In this document: positions 1 through 11,505 of the stretch, in pieces | How positions within the stretch are numbered: the first letter of the stretch is position 1 | Layout: every line of letters starts with the position of its first letter | Origin: Calditrichia bacterium | GTDB taxonomy: Bacteria; Calditrichota; Calditrichia; JAJRVZ01 | NCBI GenBank assembly: GCA_963777955.1 | Contig: CAVZSQ010000022.1 | Location: 384,001 to 448,000, forward strand | DNA length: 64,000 nt | Reading direction: 5' to 3' | Program-made: the position numbers and the translations under genes | The notes under the pieces: model-generated | Seen by the model: the letters and a program-made list of their open reading frames with translations, nothing else | What the model was told of the DNA's origin: nothing | The model's database searches: none

Positions 1-3000
1 TACCATGATTCAAATCCGTTCTCCAGACGGAACCACTCTTTTACCAGAATACCATGACGATTCAAAAGCAGGCGGGTCTGCTGCTCAACCCTTTCTTCCT
101 CGCTCATGGTTTTCCCGGAAACAGCAAATGTTCCGGACAGAAACCAGCGACCGCTTTTCAGCTGCATTTTAGTTTTGATCCGTTGCTTTAACTCACCGCG
201 GCCAGGTGCTCTTGATTTTAAATTATAGGACCTTTCGGCGGCGGCCGTCTCTCCCGGCGAGGAGAATCGTGAGGCAGAATTTATGACTTCCAGATATGTA
301 TCGTAATCGTCGCAGGTAATCTCTCCTGCGGCAGTCAGGTCCTGTAAAGCAGTTTGAACTTGTAGCGGAGACAGGCTACTGCCACTTTCCAGATCGGCCA
401 GGTAACTGGCCCCGTTTTCTTTAAGAAAATTAAGGATCGGGCGGGCTTGCTCAATGGCAGCAACAGTTGGATAATTTGAAAACATGTTACCACCGCCATG
501 CGGAGTAAAAATCAATTGAACCCGGTTAGTCCCGGAATTTTGTGCGCGGATGTATACCTGGCCTGCCGCCAGAATTTGTCTCAGCCGGATCAGCGAGTCG
601 GAATAAGATTCGGCCGGTTCTGTTAATTTGCGTGTGGCCAGGATTTCCCGCTCAAAGAAATAAAGCGGGAATGGAATACCCTGATAGTGTTCAATCAGGG
701 CGGTTAAGGAGTAAGCTGCTGTGGAAATGCCATGCCAGTGTAATATGAATTCGTGATGATGCTGACGATTTGCTGCAGCATTGGCCAGGCGGCGCGAAGT
801 AACCGCCTGGCGATATAAATAAGCGAAATTATTACGATCGCACCAGAGTGTGTCAGTCGCGGACGCGTCTTTGACCAGTTGACCGCTGACAACATCCCGG
901 TTCTGCTGCAGGAAACGAAGCGCTTCATCCACCTGAGTTTGTTCAAACTTCAGCCGGGCACTTAGTTCCCGGCTGGTCAGCGGCCCCTGGCTGGACATGT
1001 ATTTCTGCAGACGGATGCGGATCTTTTCGGCATTCCAGGGTGGAGTATATAAATCCTGATCAGCTCTGCTGATCCATCCGCTGAGCGGGGACTGTACATA
1101 AGTAATTCTGTTTTGATCCTGCAATGTTTGTAACCAGTTACCGATCTGTGCATTAGCCCGTTGTTGCAGTCCACCGGTATCAAGGGGTCCCAGTTTTTCT
1201 ATGATCAGAAATAGATCTTCAGGTCCGCGGGCCCGGGTAGAATCGCTTAAATGCTGCCAGCGGTCATATGCCATTATAACACTTGCGGTGGTCAGCAGCG
1301 GTGGAATACTCTCCGAGTTCAATATCTCCGCCAGTAAATCACTGCTGACCATCGAAACTTCTGCACTCAACTGTACGCGGTCCCGTTCATACATCTGATT
1401 GGATAGGAAATTGAACAGCAGGCTGGAAGCCATGGCTGAAGGGAAAGGAGTATGTACTATATGAATCTGAATTTCCTGTGCCAGTATGTTTTTTATTAAT
1501 TTAAAAAGTGCAGGCAGGTCAAAGATGTCCTCCAGACAGGAGCGATAGGTTTCCAATATAATTGGAAAATCCTGAAGATCCCTGACCGTCTCCAGTAAAT
1601 CGGCGGCGCGCAAACGCTGCAACCACAGCGGAATTCTTTTTCCCGGATGCGAACGCTCCAGCAATAAAGCCCGGGCGGCATTATAACGGAATTGAATGGC
1701 GAAGAGGGGAGAAACGGTCAGGGCCTTTTTTAGCAGATGCTCAATTTCGTGCACCGGTATCCGAAAGAGCGGTTCCAGGGCCGGCGGCTCTACCATGGCC
1801 AGCAGCCGGATCAGAATTCCATCATCATTGTAGGACCAGCGGATCTCCGTTTGATATTGTTTTTCCAGGCTCGTTATCAGGACCAGAGCCCAGCAGGCAT
1901 TGACCCTTCCTCCAAAAGGGGCATGTATCACAATGTTCAGGTCGCCCATTTCGTCCTGAAACCATTCTACGACTATCTGCCGGTGCGTGGGTAAAAATCC
2001 GAGCTGGGCCTTCTGCCGCCGGGTATAATTAATAAGATTTGTGCTTGATTTTGGATCGAGATGATATTTAGTCTGAAGTTGATGCTCTAGTTGGGGTTGA
2101 TCCAGGTTTTCTGTCAGCCAGTGCCTGAAAGCGCCCACTCTCAGGCAGGTTTCATGATCGCGGGATGGTATTTCTCCCTTCCAGAACGGCGGACGAGGCC
2201 GGACGCTTTTAACCGGTGTAACGATAATCCTATCACGCTGGATGTTATCGATGCGCCATTCATGATTGCCCAGATAAAACACATCACCCACCCTGGATTC
2301 GAAAACGAATTCCTCTTCCATCTCACCCAACCGGATATTGCTGTCAGTCATCACCACGGCATAATATCCGCGATCGGGAATAGTACCGCCATTCATAATC
2401 GCCGTCAGCCTGGCCCCGGGCCGGGCAATCAGCAGATCATTAATTCTGTCCCAGGTCAGCCGGGGCTGCAGGGCCGGTAGTTTTTTATGGGCATAGTTGC
2501 CGGATAACATCTCCAGGGTCCGGTCCCATACCGGTAAAGTCAGATGGCGATAACAATAACTCTGCCGGAACAGGTTGAACAAATCCAGACGTTTCTGAAT
2601 ATGGCTGGCGACCTCAGCTAAAATTTGCTGAGCCAGGATATCCAGGCAATTTTCAGGAATAACAGTTTCCTCGATCGTGCCCTGTTCCAGGCAGGAAGAC
2701 AACGCAGCGGCATCATCCAGATCGGAGGGGTACAAGGGAATAATAATACCCTTACTGGTCTGCTCCAGCATGTGTCCGCTGCGGCCGATACGCTGTAAGG
2801 AACCGGAAATACTTTTCGGCGCTTCCAGTTGAACCACCAGGTCAATACTGCCGATATCAATACCCAATTCCAGGGAAGCCGTAGCTACCACCGCGGGCAG
2901 GGTTCCATTTTTCAAGCGGCTCTCGATTTCGAAACGCATTTCCCTGGACATACTGCCGTGATGCGGAAAAACCAGTTCAGTTTGCGGATCTCCTGTCTGC

Positions 3001-3939
3001 TGGTGGTGCAATTCATTCAACTGCCGGGCAATTTTTTCGGTCTGGGCCCGCATATTAGCAAAGATCAGAGTTGTTTTGTGCTGCCGGATCAGGTTGTACA
3101 GCGTTTGAATAACGGACGGCCAGACAGTGGGCTGGGGCAGGTCAGAGAAATCATCCACCGGCGAGAGCACCTGCAGCAGCAATTTTTTATGACGCGGACA
3201 TTCCACAATTGTCACCGGTCGCGGGTGGAAAGTGTCATCTCCGGCCCTGTATTTTTGTCCACCCAGGAAATCAGCAATACGCTGCAAGGGGCGTTGGGTA
3301 GCAGAGAGTCCGATCCGCACCGGTTCAGTTTCACTAAGCGACATCAGACGTTCCAGTGATAAACTGAGATGAACCCCGCGCTTATTATTACTCAAGGCAT
3401 GGATTTCATCTATGATCAGGTAGCGAACATTATGAAAAATTTCCCGGCCCCGCGCTGAAGTCAATAAAAGATATAATGATTCCGGTGTGGTGATCAGAAT
3501 ATGGGGAGGTTTCTGTACTATGGTGCGTCGAACTGCCGCAGGAGTATCACCGGTGCGCACCAATACATTAATATCAGGACAGGTCAGGCCTGTTGCAACT
3601 GCCTGGCGACTGATTCCATTCAGGGGTGTCTGTAAATTACGCTGAATGTCATTATTCAATGCTTTTAATGGCGATACATACAGAGTGTGCACCCCGGTTA
3701 AATTTTTCTGAAAAGATTTTACCCGGTTGGCTTAAACCCTTGCAGAATAAATCATTGATACACCATAAAAAAGCAGCCAGGGTTTTGCCGGACCCGGTGG
3801 GGGACAGTATTAGCGTATGGTTGCCTGAAGCGATAGCCGGCCACCCTTTAATCTGTGGAGGACTGGCCTGGTTGTACTGCTGGCGGAACCAGGCGGAAAT
3901 GACCGGATGAAAAAGATCAAGAACATTTTTTAATGACAT
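1..3939 (-). CDS. lhr: Lhr-family DEAD/DEAH-box helicase, long form; runs off the window start; multiple frameshifts
   Basis: N-terminus FHPVISAWF...Q..GWPAI..G..TLILSPTGSGKTLAAF. Manual reading gives IIDEIHA (~3420-3395) and ATASLELGIDIG (~2885-2850), plus a C-terminal GRWFL...LLNRHGIL segment near 160-50. The frame switches many times. Confidence 0.9.
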
Positions 3940-4128
3940 ACTACAAATTACTCTAATCAGGCAAAGAAATAAAAAAAAATATTTTTAAAATAGAAATATT
4001 ATATTAATATATGTAAAAAATGACCATGCCACCGGAAAGGGGCTATAGCCAACTGATATTTCGGACGGTACGATAAGATTAACTATCAGGAAAAATAATC
4101 AAGAAATAAAATAAAAGGTATATTTAAT

Positions 4129-4341
4129 ATGCACATGCAAAACCATAAAACCTGTCCAAAATGCGATAAGAGCATGATCAAAGGCCGGCTTTATATCGTA
4201 GCTCCGGAAAAAAGCGGTGCGGATCGTATATTTAATTATGTGAATTGGGAAGCCACCGACGAAAGAAAATTTGACGGTCTATTTGCTTATAAATGCGAAA
4301 ACTGCGGTTTTATCGAATACTACGTCAAAAAGAAAACCTGA
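4129..4341 (+). CDS. small zinc-ribbon protein (CxxC...CxxC)
   Basis: CPKC near the N-terminus and AYKCENCGFIEYY at the C-terminus. Confidence 0.7.
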   Translation: MHMQNHKTCPKCDKSMIKGRLYIVAPEKSGADRIFNYVNWEATDERKFDGLFAYKCENCGFIEYYVKKKT

Positions 4342-4455
4342 GTTTTTCTCGAATTTCCTCATATTATAATCAGGATCAGCCTTAATTCTTATCACCCATC
4401 ATGGATTGCTCTCCATGATCATCGTTCATCAGGTTCCATCAGCAAAGAGGTTACC

Positions 4456-5238
4456 ATGGATCTTGGTTTAAAAAATAAAGTTGCGCTGATCAGCGGCGGC
4501 AGCCGGGGTATCGGTAAAGGTATCGCTTCAGCATTGTTGCAGGAAGGATGCCGGGTTGTGATTTGCGCCCGGAATAATGAACAGTTGCAAAACGCGGTCA
4601 AAGAATTGAAGCAGACCACCGCCGCCGAAGGTATCCTGCCGGTGCAGGCGGATATCACCCGTAGCGGGGATGTGGAGAAAATTGTTAAAACAGTCATTGC
4701 CGGGTTCGGTCGAATTGACATCCTGATTAATAATGCCGGTGGTAACCGGCGTAAACCTTTTGAACAAACCACCGATAGCGACTGGCAGGAAATGCTGGAT
4801 TTGAATCTCAATGCTCATATTCAGCTAAGTCGCAGCGTAATTCCCTTTATGAAGGAACAGATGCAGGGAGCGATTGTTTTCATCTCTTCGATATTCGGCC
4901 GGGAATCGGGAGGAACGACCCTGAGTATTTATAATACAACCAAGTCAGCATTGATCAGCCTGGCCAAAATAATGGCGGTGGAGTTGGCGCCGTTTGGTAT
5001 CAGGGTTAACAGCGTTGCACCCGGCTCCATTCGGTTTGCCGGTGGTAGTTGGGACGAACGGGCTAAAAAAGATCCCCAGGGTATTGCCGAGTTCATTAAA
5101 CGGGAAATGCCGCTGGGACGATTTGGTACGGTCGAGGAAGTAGCCAATGTAGTGACGTTTTTAGTTTCGGAGAAAGCCGGTCTGGTTACGGGAGCATGCA
5201 TTAATATCGATGGGGGACAATCCAGATCGTTAATCTGA
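4456..5238 (+). CDS. SDR family oxidoreductase
   Basis: GGSRGIG, NNAG and YNTTK motifs; GAGG RBS upstream. Confidence 0.95.
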   Translation: MDLGLKNKVALISGGSRGIGKGIASALLQEGCRVVICARNNEQLQNAVKELKQTTAAEGILPVQADITRSGDVEKIVKTVIAGFGRIDILINNAGGNRRKPFEQTTDSDWQEMLDLNLNAHIQLSRSVIPFMKEQMQGAIVFISSIFGRESGGTTLSIYNTTKSALISLAKIMAVELAPFGIRVNSVAPGSIRFAGGSWDERAKKDPQGIAEFIKREMPLGRFGTVEEVANVVTFLVSEKAGLVTGACINIDGGQSRSLI

Positions 5239-5260
5239 TTTCCTGCTCTGCTGCCTTCAA

Positions 5261-6331
5261 TTATTTAAAACGCGTAATAGTCAAATATAAGTAGCGGGTT
5301 TGCTGCGGATCGGGTTTCCATTGCACCAGGATTGGACTTTGATATTTACCGCGCAGAATTTCGGCGAAATTTCCGTTCTGAGTATTGGAAACCAGGAAAC
5401 TGACGCTTCGTTTTACACGCAAAAACCGTTCAGCAGGAAAAGCGATGAATTTAGAAAGAATTTTTTCTAGAGCAGATTGGCTGATATGAAGGGCATCCAT
5501 TAATTCGTTGAAAATAAGAACCAGGTCGTACTTGGCATACTCTTTGGTCCGTTGAGCTAATATCTCCGGATGATGAATAATATATTTCCCCTTTTCACTC
5601 ATAAATTCCAGCGGATTCTTCAGAACCTCCAGCAGATCATGGGTCATTAATAAAGTTTCGTATTCGTTAACAGTTAAACCGGCATGCTTTTCGGCAGGAT
5701 CCAGGGCAATATCAACACGCCCCTGCTCAATCTCATATTCACTCAGTAAACTGGTTATTTTCTCGAGATAGCCCAGTTTAGGATCGCGTAAATTGATCGA
5801 ATCGACCAGGTGTCTGGAAACCGGAACGCCGACGCGGTGTCTGTAGACGACTTCTTCCTGGTTGTAAAACATAACCTTGCTGTGCCGGCTGCGCTGACCG
5901 TGTTCATGAACACCATCCAGATCGATAAAATAAACGGGCGTCTCGGGTTTGTTCGTGTAGGTTACGCAATTTTTTAACCCGGAACCGATGAAGGTAAGAT
6001 GCGAATCAGCATTTTTGGGTTCACTTTTGCGTTCCAGATCAGTTAACTCGCTGCGCAGTTCCAGTTGATCGTGACGGTAATCGGCATGTAGCGGAAAGAG
6101 TTGTTTGAAGGCATTGATGTAAGAAGCAATGCGCTCTTTCTCGTAGTGCAGTCTGGCCACCAGGCTCTGCTCCAGGTACCCGGCCGTCGTGTGAAATGAA
6201 GTGTAAGTCGCCCTCTGATAGAGCGCGCGATCAACGGTCAATTTCTCCAATACCAGTTTACTCATCTCGATAATGTCAAATCGTGAACTGGGCATAACAT
6301 CCAGGGAAATTTCCTGGGGTACTGCGTGCAT
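5261..6331 (-). CDS. hypothetical protein with two YjbQ/UPF0047-like domains
   Basis: First half has HTTAG, YRHD, NADSHL and IDLDG; second half has HAGLTVNE and GKYQ. Confidence 0.6.
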   Translation of the reverse strand: MHAVPQEISLDVMPSSRFDIIEMSKLVLEKLTVDRALYQRATYTSFHTTAGYLEQSLVARLHYEKERIASYINAFKQLFPLHADYRHDQLELRSELTDLERKSEPKNADSHLTFIGSGLKNCVTYTNKPETPVYFIDLDGVHEHGQRSRHSKVMFYNQEEVVYRHRVGVPVSRHLVDSINLRDPKLGYLEKITSLLSEYEIEQGRVDIALDPAEKHAGLTVNEYETLLMTHDLLEVLKNPLEFMSEKGKYIIHHPEILAQRTKEYAKYDLVLIFNELMDALHISQSALEKILSKFIAFPAERFLRVKRSVSFLVSNTQNGNFAEILRGKYQSPILVQWKPDPQQTRYLYLTITRFK

Positions 6332-6584
6332 TTCAATCTCCGTAACTGTTATTCATACGGTTTGTATTACCCACTCCCGCTAAGCGGCCAGCAATGCAAG
6401 TTATCGTTCCAACCCAAAGTCCAAAAATATACAGATTCCCCCTCAGATTAACAATACAATTGACGCTGTCAATTGTAATATTATTCCAAAAATTCTGAAT
6501 ATAATATTTATAGTCTATAACCACTAGTGATTTGGATCATATCAGGAGCTGAAAACTAACAAAAGATACTTTGCGGCATAAATT

Positions 6585-6610
6585 CAGGGGTACAAAATTT
6601 TGTACCCCTG
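6585..6610. repeat. perfect 26-bp palindrome (REP-like, or ferritin terminator)
   Basis: CAGGGGTACAAAATTTTGTACCCCTG, 18 bp past the ferritin stop codon. Confidence 0.7.
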
Positions 6611-6628
6611 ACAGTCGCTAAGCAAATA

Positions 6629-7126
6629 CTATTCTTCTTCAGCCAGCTTGGCTATCGCTCTATCGATCATGTACACGGTGCGTTTATCCGTACCGATCAG
6701 TTTAATTTTATCCAGGATCCTGCTGAACGAAGTTTCTTCTTCATGCTGTTCGCTGACGAACCATTGTATGAAATTATGTGTAGACAGGTCTTTGTCTTTC
6801 CAGGCGGTCTCCGCTATATCATGGATGCGCTTGGTAACCTGTTTCTCGTGCTCCAGAGATTTTTTAAAAATTTCTTCAATTGAATCATAATCGGTAGGCG
6901 GTGCATCCAATTTCCCCACTACCGCCATTTCACCGGATTCCAGTACATATTCGAATATCTTATGCATGTGAACTAATTCTTCCTTGGCCTGCTTTTTCAT
7001 AAATTTAGCACACCCTTCCAGTCCCTGTGTATCAGCCCAGGAAGCCATTTGCAGATAGACATTCGAAGAATAAAATTCAAAATTGATCTGTTTGTTCAAC
7101 TTATCAAGCATCACTTTGGTCAACAT
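6629..7126 (-). CDS. ftnA: non-heme ferritin
   Basis: LNKQINFEFYSSNVYLQMA, EELVHM and WFVSEQHEEE ferroxidase motifs. Confidence 0.95.
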   Translation of the reverse strand: MLTKVMLDKLNKQINFEFYSSNVYLQMASWADTQGLEGCAKFMKKQAKEELVHMHKIFEYVLESGEMAVVGKLDAPPTDYDSIEEIFKKSLEHEKQVTKRIHDIAETAWKDKDLSTHNFIQWFVSEQHEEETSFSRILDKIKLIGTDKRTVYMIDRAIAKLAEEE

Positions 7127-7295
7127 ATCGACTCCTTCTCATGTTTAATGAACGCTAACTCTATTACTTCAATTGATTTAGTGTCAGCAACCAGGTCATA
7201 TCGATCATTACCTGCGGATCAACGTCATCTAACTCCTTATTCCGGTAGACCTTAATGACCTGATGACCGTAACCGTTTATCGATTCAACTATAAT

Positions 7296-7315
7296 TTATA
7301 ATGATAAAATTAAGC
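7296..7315. promoter_or_regulatory. possible Fur/PerR-like box upstream of ferritin
   Basis: TATAATGATAAAATTAAGC (7297-7315) matches the E. coli Fur box at 13/19 positions by eye; weak in an AT-rich context. Confidence 0.25.
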
Positions 7316-7349
7316 AAATTATTCCTTTTTAGCCAAGGCTTTTACTAAA

Positions 7350-7760
7350 TCAGGTCGATTTGGTCAGATAAGTTTCCATTACTGTACGTAGTTGTCCCTC
7401 CATCGGCAGAACCTGGTTGGTCTGAGTATCTATGGCTACAAAGGTGATATCCGCATCGGCGATACGCTGATCACTTTCGGCCCGGTATATTTCCTGGTGG
7501 ATTTTTGCACTTTTGCCGCCCAGTTTCACCATCTCAGTCCGGATTTCCAGGATATAATCCAGCAGGGCCGGTTGGCGATAATTTATATTTATATTCACCA
7601 CGACAAAAGCGAATCCCTTTTTTTCAAACTCGGAAATCGGCATAACCTGCTCGATAAAAGACCAGCGGGCTTCTTCTAAGAATTCAAGATAGCGGGCATG
7701 ATTCACATGACCGTACATATCCAGATGGTATCCCCGGATTTTAATGGTAATCAGATGCAT
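7350..7760 (-). CDS. acyl-CoA thioesterase (YbgC/FadM hotdog family)
   Basis: HLDMYGHVNHARYLEFLEEAR motif. Confidence 0.9.
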   Translation of the reverse strand: MHLITIKIRGYHLDMYGHVNHARYLEFLEEARWSFIEQVMPISEFEKKGFAFVVVNININYRQPALLDYILEIRTEMVKLGGKSAKIHQEIYRAESDQRIADADITFVAIDTQTNQVLPMEGQLRTVMETYLTKST

Positions 7761-7949
7761 CTTTATTCCTTTCTACTGCGACTTTTTTCAGGCCACCCTG
7801 GCAGGCAATTGGTTAAACTTAATAAAAATTTCTTATTTTTTCATTTACCTTGAGTTATTTATCCGGATTTACTGTTGAAGAGTATAAAAAGAATGAGTAT
7901 GAAAATTAAACAGAATTTAAACAATCAGCACTATCAAAGAGGAGGAATT

Positions 7950-10344
7950 ATGAATCCAGCATCAAACTTTTTAAAAGCGGTCCTACCTGCTGCGCTGTTT
8001 TTTTTACAGATCCCGGCCTGGGGGCAGGAACCGGAAACAGGCGAGGATAAAACGTTATCCCCCTATTTTTTTGTTAAAAGCGACGATTCCAGTACCGATC
8101 AATTACCGTTGAAAAGTACCTCCGCCGATGTGACTATCAGCGGGGTTATCGCCGATGTTAAAGTCACGCAGGTTTACAAAAATGAAGGCAAGAACACCCT
8201 GGAAGCAATTTACATTTTTCCCGCTTCTACCCGGGCGGCAGTGTACAATATGATCATGACCATCGGTGAAAGAACGATCACTGCAAAAATCAAGGAACGC
8301 GAACAGGCCCGCCAGGACTATGAACAGGCCAGAGCGGAAGGTAAAAGCGCCTCTTTGCTGGAACAGCAACGGCCCAATGTATTTCAGATGAATGTGGCCA
8401 ACATTCTGCCGGGAGATGAAATAAAAGTCGAACTATTTTATACCGAGTTGCTGGTACCCACTGAAAAAATATATGAATTTGTATATCCTACGGTGGTGGG
8501 ACCACGCTATTCCAATAAACCGGAAGCAACGGCCAGGCCTAATGATAAATGGGTCAAGAATCCTTATCTCCACGAAGGAGAGGCAGCCCCTTATATGTTT
8601 GATATAAAGGTGTCACTGGCAGCCGGGATGCCCATCAAGGAAATCACCTGTCCTTCGCACCCTGTGTCTGTAAATTACGAAGGCAAATCCCTGGCTCAGA
8701 TCAGTCTGCCGGCAGGGTTCAAAGACGGCGGCAACCGCGATTTTATTCTGCACTATCGTCTGGCCGGAGATCAGATTGAATCGGGATTATTGCTATACGA
8801 AGGTGAAAAAGAGAAATTCTTTTTACTGCTGATGCAGCCGCCGGTACGGGTCAGACCCAAGGATCTGCCGCCGCGCGAATATATATTTATTCTTGATGTT
8901 TCCGGATCCATGAATGGTTTCCCCCTGGACATCTCCAAAAAATTATTTAAAGACCTGATCAATAATTTAACAACCGGCGATAAATTCAATTTAATCCTGT
9001 TTGCCGGAGGTTCCCGGGTTTTCTCCGAACATTCTGTCGCCGCTAACCAGCAGAATGTTAAAAAAGCGATTCAGGTAATTGATAATGAGCAGGGCGGCGG
9101 CGGAACCGAATTACTACCTGCCTTGCAGCAGGCCCTGGCGCTGCCCGGTGAAGAGAACATGGCCCGCACCGTATTGATTCTGACCGACGGTTATGTTGAT
9201 GTGGAAAAAGAAGCCTTTGAACTTATCCGTAAAAATTTAGGCCGGGCTAACTTTTTTGCCTTCGGGATTGGCTCTTCGGTTAACCGTTTCCTGATCGAGG
9301 GTATAGCCAGAGTGGGCCAGGCCGAGTCGTTCGTGGTGACCCAGCAGGATCAGGCCGAAGCCACCGGGGAAAAATTCAGAAAATATGTATTATCACCAGT
9401 ATTGAGTAAGATTAAAGTCGATTACAACGGTTTTGCAGTATACGATGTTGAACCTTTGAGTATCCCCGATATTCTGGCCGAACGCCCGGTAATTATTTTT
9501 GGTAAGTACAAAGGCATCTGCCACCGGAACAATAGCATTAAAAGGAATTTCCGGCGGAGGTCATACTTATTCTACAATTTTACAGGTTAACAATTCAAAG
9601 CCTGGTGTGAATTATAAAGCGTTGAAATACCTGTGGGCCCGGCAGCGGCTTTCGATACTGGCGGATTTTAACCAGATAGCCGGAAACGATGAATTGAAGA
9701 ACGAAATTACCCGGTTGGGTCTGGCCTACAATTTACTGACCGATTTTACTTCTTTCGTGGCCATCGATGAACAGGTACGCAATGTAAACGGCAAAATCGT
9801 CCGCGTCGAACAACCTTTACCTCTGCCCCAGGGGGTGTCGGACTATGCCGTGGGTGACATGTCTGCAGCCGGCAGTGTCGGAATGGGTTATGCACCATCT
9901 GTCCAAATGCGTGGTGTGCAAAAATCTCTGAGTAGAGAAGCGTTGCCGGTGACTATTCCTGATGTGGAGAATGCAGTAGATGGTATCGATCTTAAACAGG
10001 ATGAAATTACCATACAGGTGAAGGTGACGAAAGTCAAAACAAGTATATCCTCAGCGAAAAACGCCGTAACAACTTTTATAAATACTCACCTCGCTGACCT
10101 TGAACAATGCTATGAGCAGAATATCACCGCTGACAATACTAATGTCATTACAGGTGAAGTAATAATTCAATTCACATTGAAACAAGACGGACAGATTGAA
10201 AATATCGTTTTTACTAAAAATGAAATAGTTGCACAAAATTTTGAATCATGTCTGCTGCAATTAATCAAGTCCTGGAACATAAAGACCGGTGGCAATTACA
10301 ATCAGATTTCCGTTGAATGTACCCTGCAATTCGATAACCGGTAA
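7950..10344 (+). CDS. secreted VIT + vWA domain protein with a C-terminal AgmX/PglI (TonB-C-like) domain; one frameshift near 9510-9520
   Basis: GGAGGA RBS and signal peptide; VIT motif LEAIYIFP; MIDAS DVSGSM; GGGTEL and LTDG; LTDFTSFVAIDE; C-terminal QCYEQ...GEVIIQFTL..DG..SCL. Confidence 0.85.
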
Positions 10345-10360
10345 TCAGGAGATGGAAGCC

Positions 10361-11477
10361 ATGAAAATAGCAAATAACAAAACACAAGTCGCCGCCGCTG
10401 TGGCGGCGACTCATGCCGTGGGATATCAAATTACCGTCTTCCCCCACGAGTTTGAGCGTCATATTTTGCAGGAATTGGACAGGCGGTTTTACATTATATT
10501 AGGTTGTGCTCTGGTATTTGTATACGGTATCGTATTCAGTCTGGCCTCAGTTAAATATGATACGGCGAAGATGGATGAGCAGGCTCGTCAGCGTTACCTG
10601 GAGAAGTTTTATCAGGCGGCCCTGGTGACGGATGAGATGATCGCGGAAGAGGAGAAGACTGATGAGTTAGGGATGGGTGAACAGGAAGAGGAGCAGAAGG
10701 TGGATGAGCGTGCGTCGCGGTACCAGGGCCGGGCTGGTGAAGCCGGCGGAGGTGCCTCGGCCCGCGAGGTAGCGGAAGAGCGCCGGGCAGCAGCGGCAGC
10801 CCGCGGGGCGGCACGCCGGGCGATGGAATCGCAGATAGCCGGGACGGGGGTACTGGGTGTACTTTCGGCCGGCGGCGGCAGCGGCAGCGGTGATGCGGTG
10901 GCGGATGTATTGGGCGATGCCGGCGGCAGCGGATTGGGTGCTGGGTAACCTGGAAGATGTATTATCGGGCGTTGGTGGCTTGGCCACGGCGACCTCCAGC
11001 GGCCAGCGTACGCGTGTGGGCAGTGTCGGCGGCGGCCGGGCGACCGGGTCGGCGGATGTAGGTGAACTGCTGTCGGGGATCGGCTCGGCGGGCTCGGCGA
11101 GCGTCGGGCGCAAGGGCACGATCCAGATGACGCTGGATGCGGCGCGGGTGACGGGAACGGGTACCAAGGCAGCCAACCGCAGCGGCGAGGAGATATCGCG
11201 GACGATCAATACGCATAACGATGCTGTTGAGTACTGCTACAAGCGGGAAGCGAAGTTGAATCCGAATCTGAAGGGCGATATCCTGATTGAATTTATTATC
11301 GGGTATGACGGCCGGGTAGGCACGGCGCGGGTGACCCAGTCATCGTTGCAGAACAAGACGGTGGAAAGTTGCATTATCAGCCGTGTACGCGGCTGGCGTT
11401 TCAAGCCGATCGGCCAGGCCGAGGGTGATGTGACGGTACGGCAGAAATATATATTTCGGGTAATGACCCCCCTGTAG
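10361..11477 (+). CDS. AgmX/PglI C-terminal-domain (TonB-like) inner-membrane protein; frameshift near 10935-10945
   Basis: Single TM helix, acidic then Gly/Ala-rich linker, and C-terminal RSGEEI...YCYKRE...NPNLKGDI...ESCI...WRF. Confidence 0.8.
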
Positions 11478-11505
11478 GTAGAGGGCGCGGTAACCGCGCC
11501 CTTAC
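11478..11505. repeat. GTAG-type REP-like palindrome between convergent genes
   Basis: GTAGAGGGCGCGGTAACCGCGCCCTTAC; near-identical copy at 37571. Confidence 0.75.

Noticed and set aside
542..3910. short ORFs of 60-176 aa on both strands in the ORF track
   Set aside because: They are antisense or off-frame shadows of the frameshifted lhr gene. The same applies to ORFs overlapping carB, the amylase and other long genes.
4020..4080. GC-richer hairpin (GCCCACCGGAAAGGGGC) in the AT-rich intergenic region as a riboswitch
   Set aside because: A single weak stem that matches no RNA family I can recognise.
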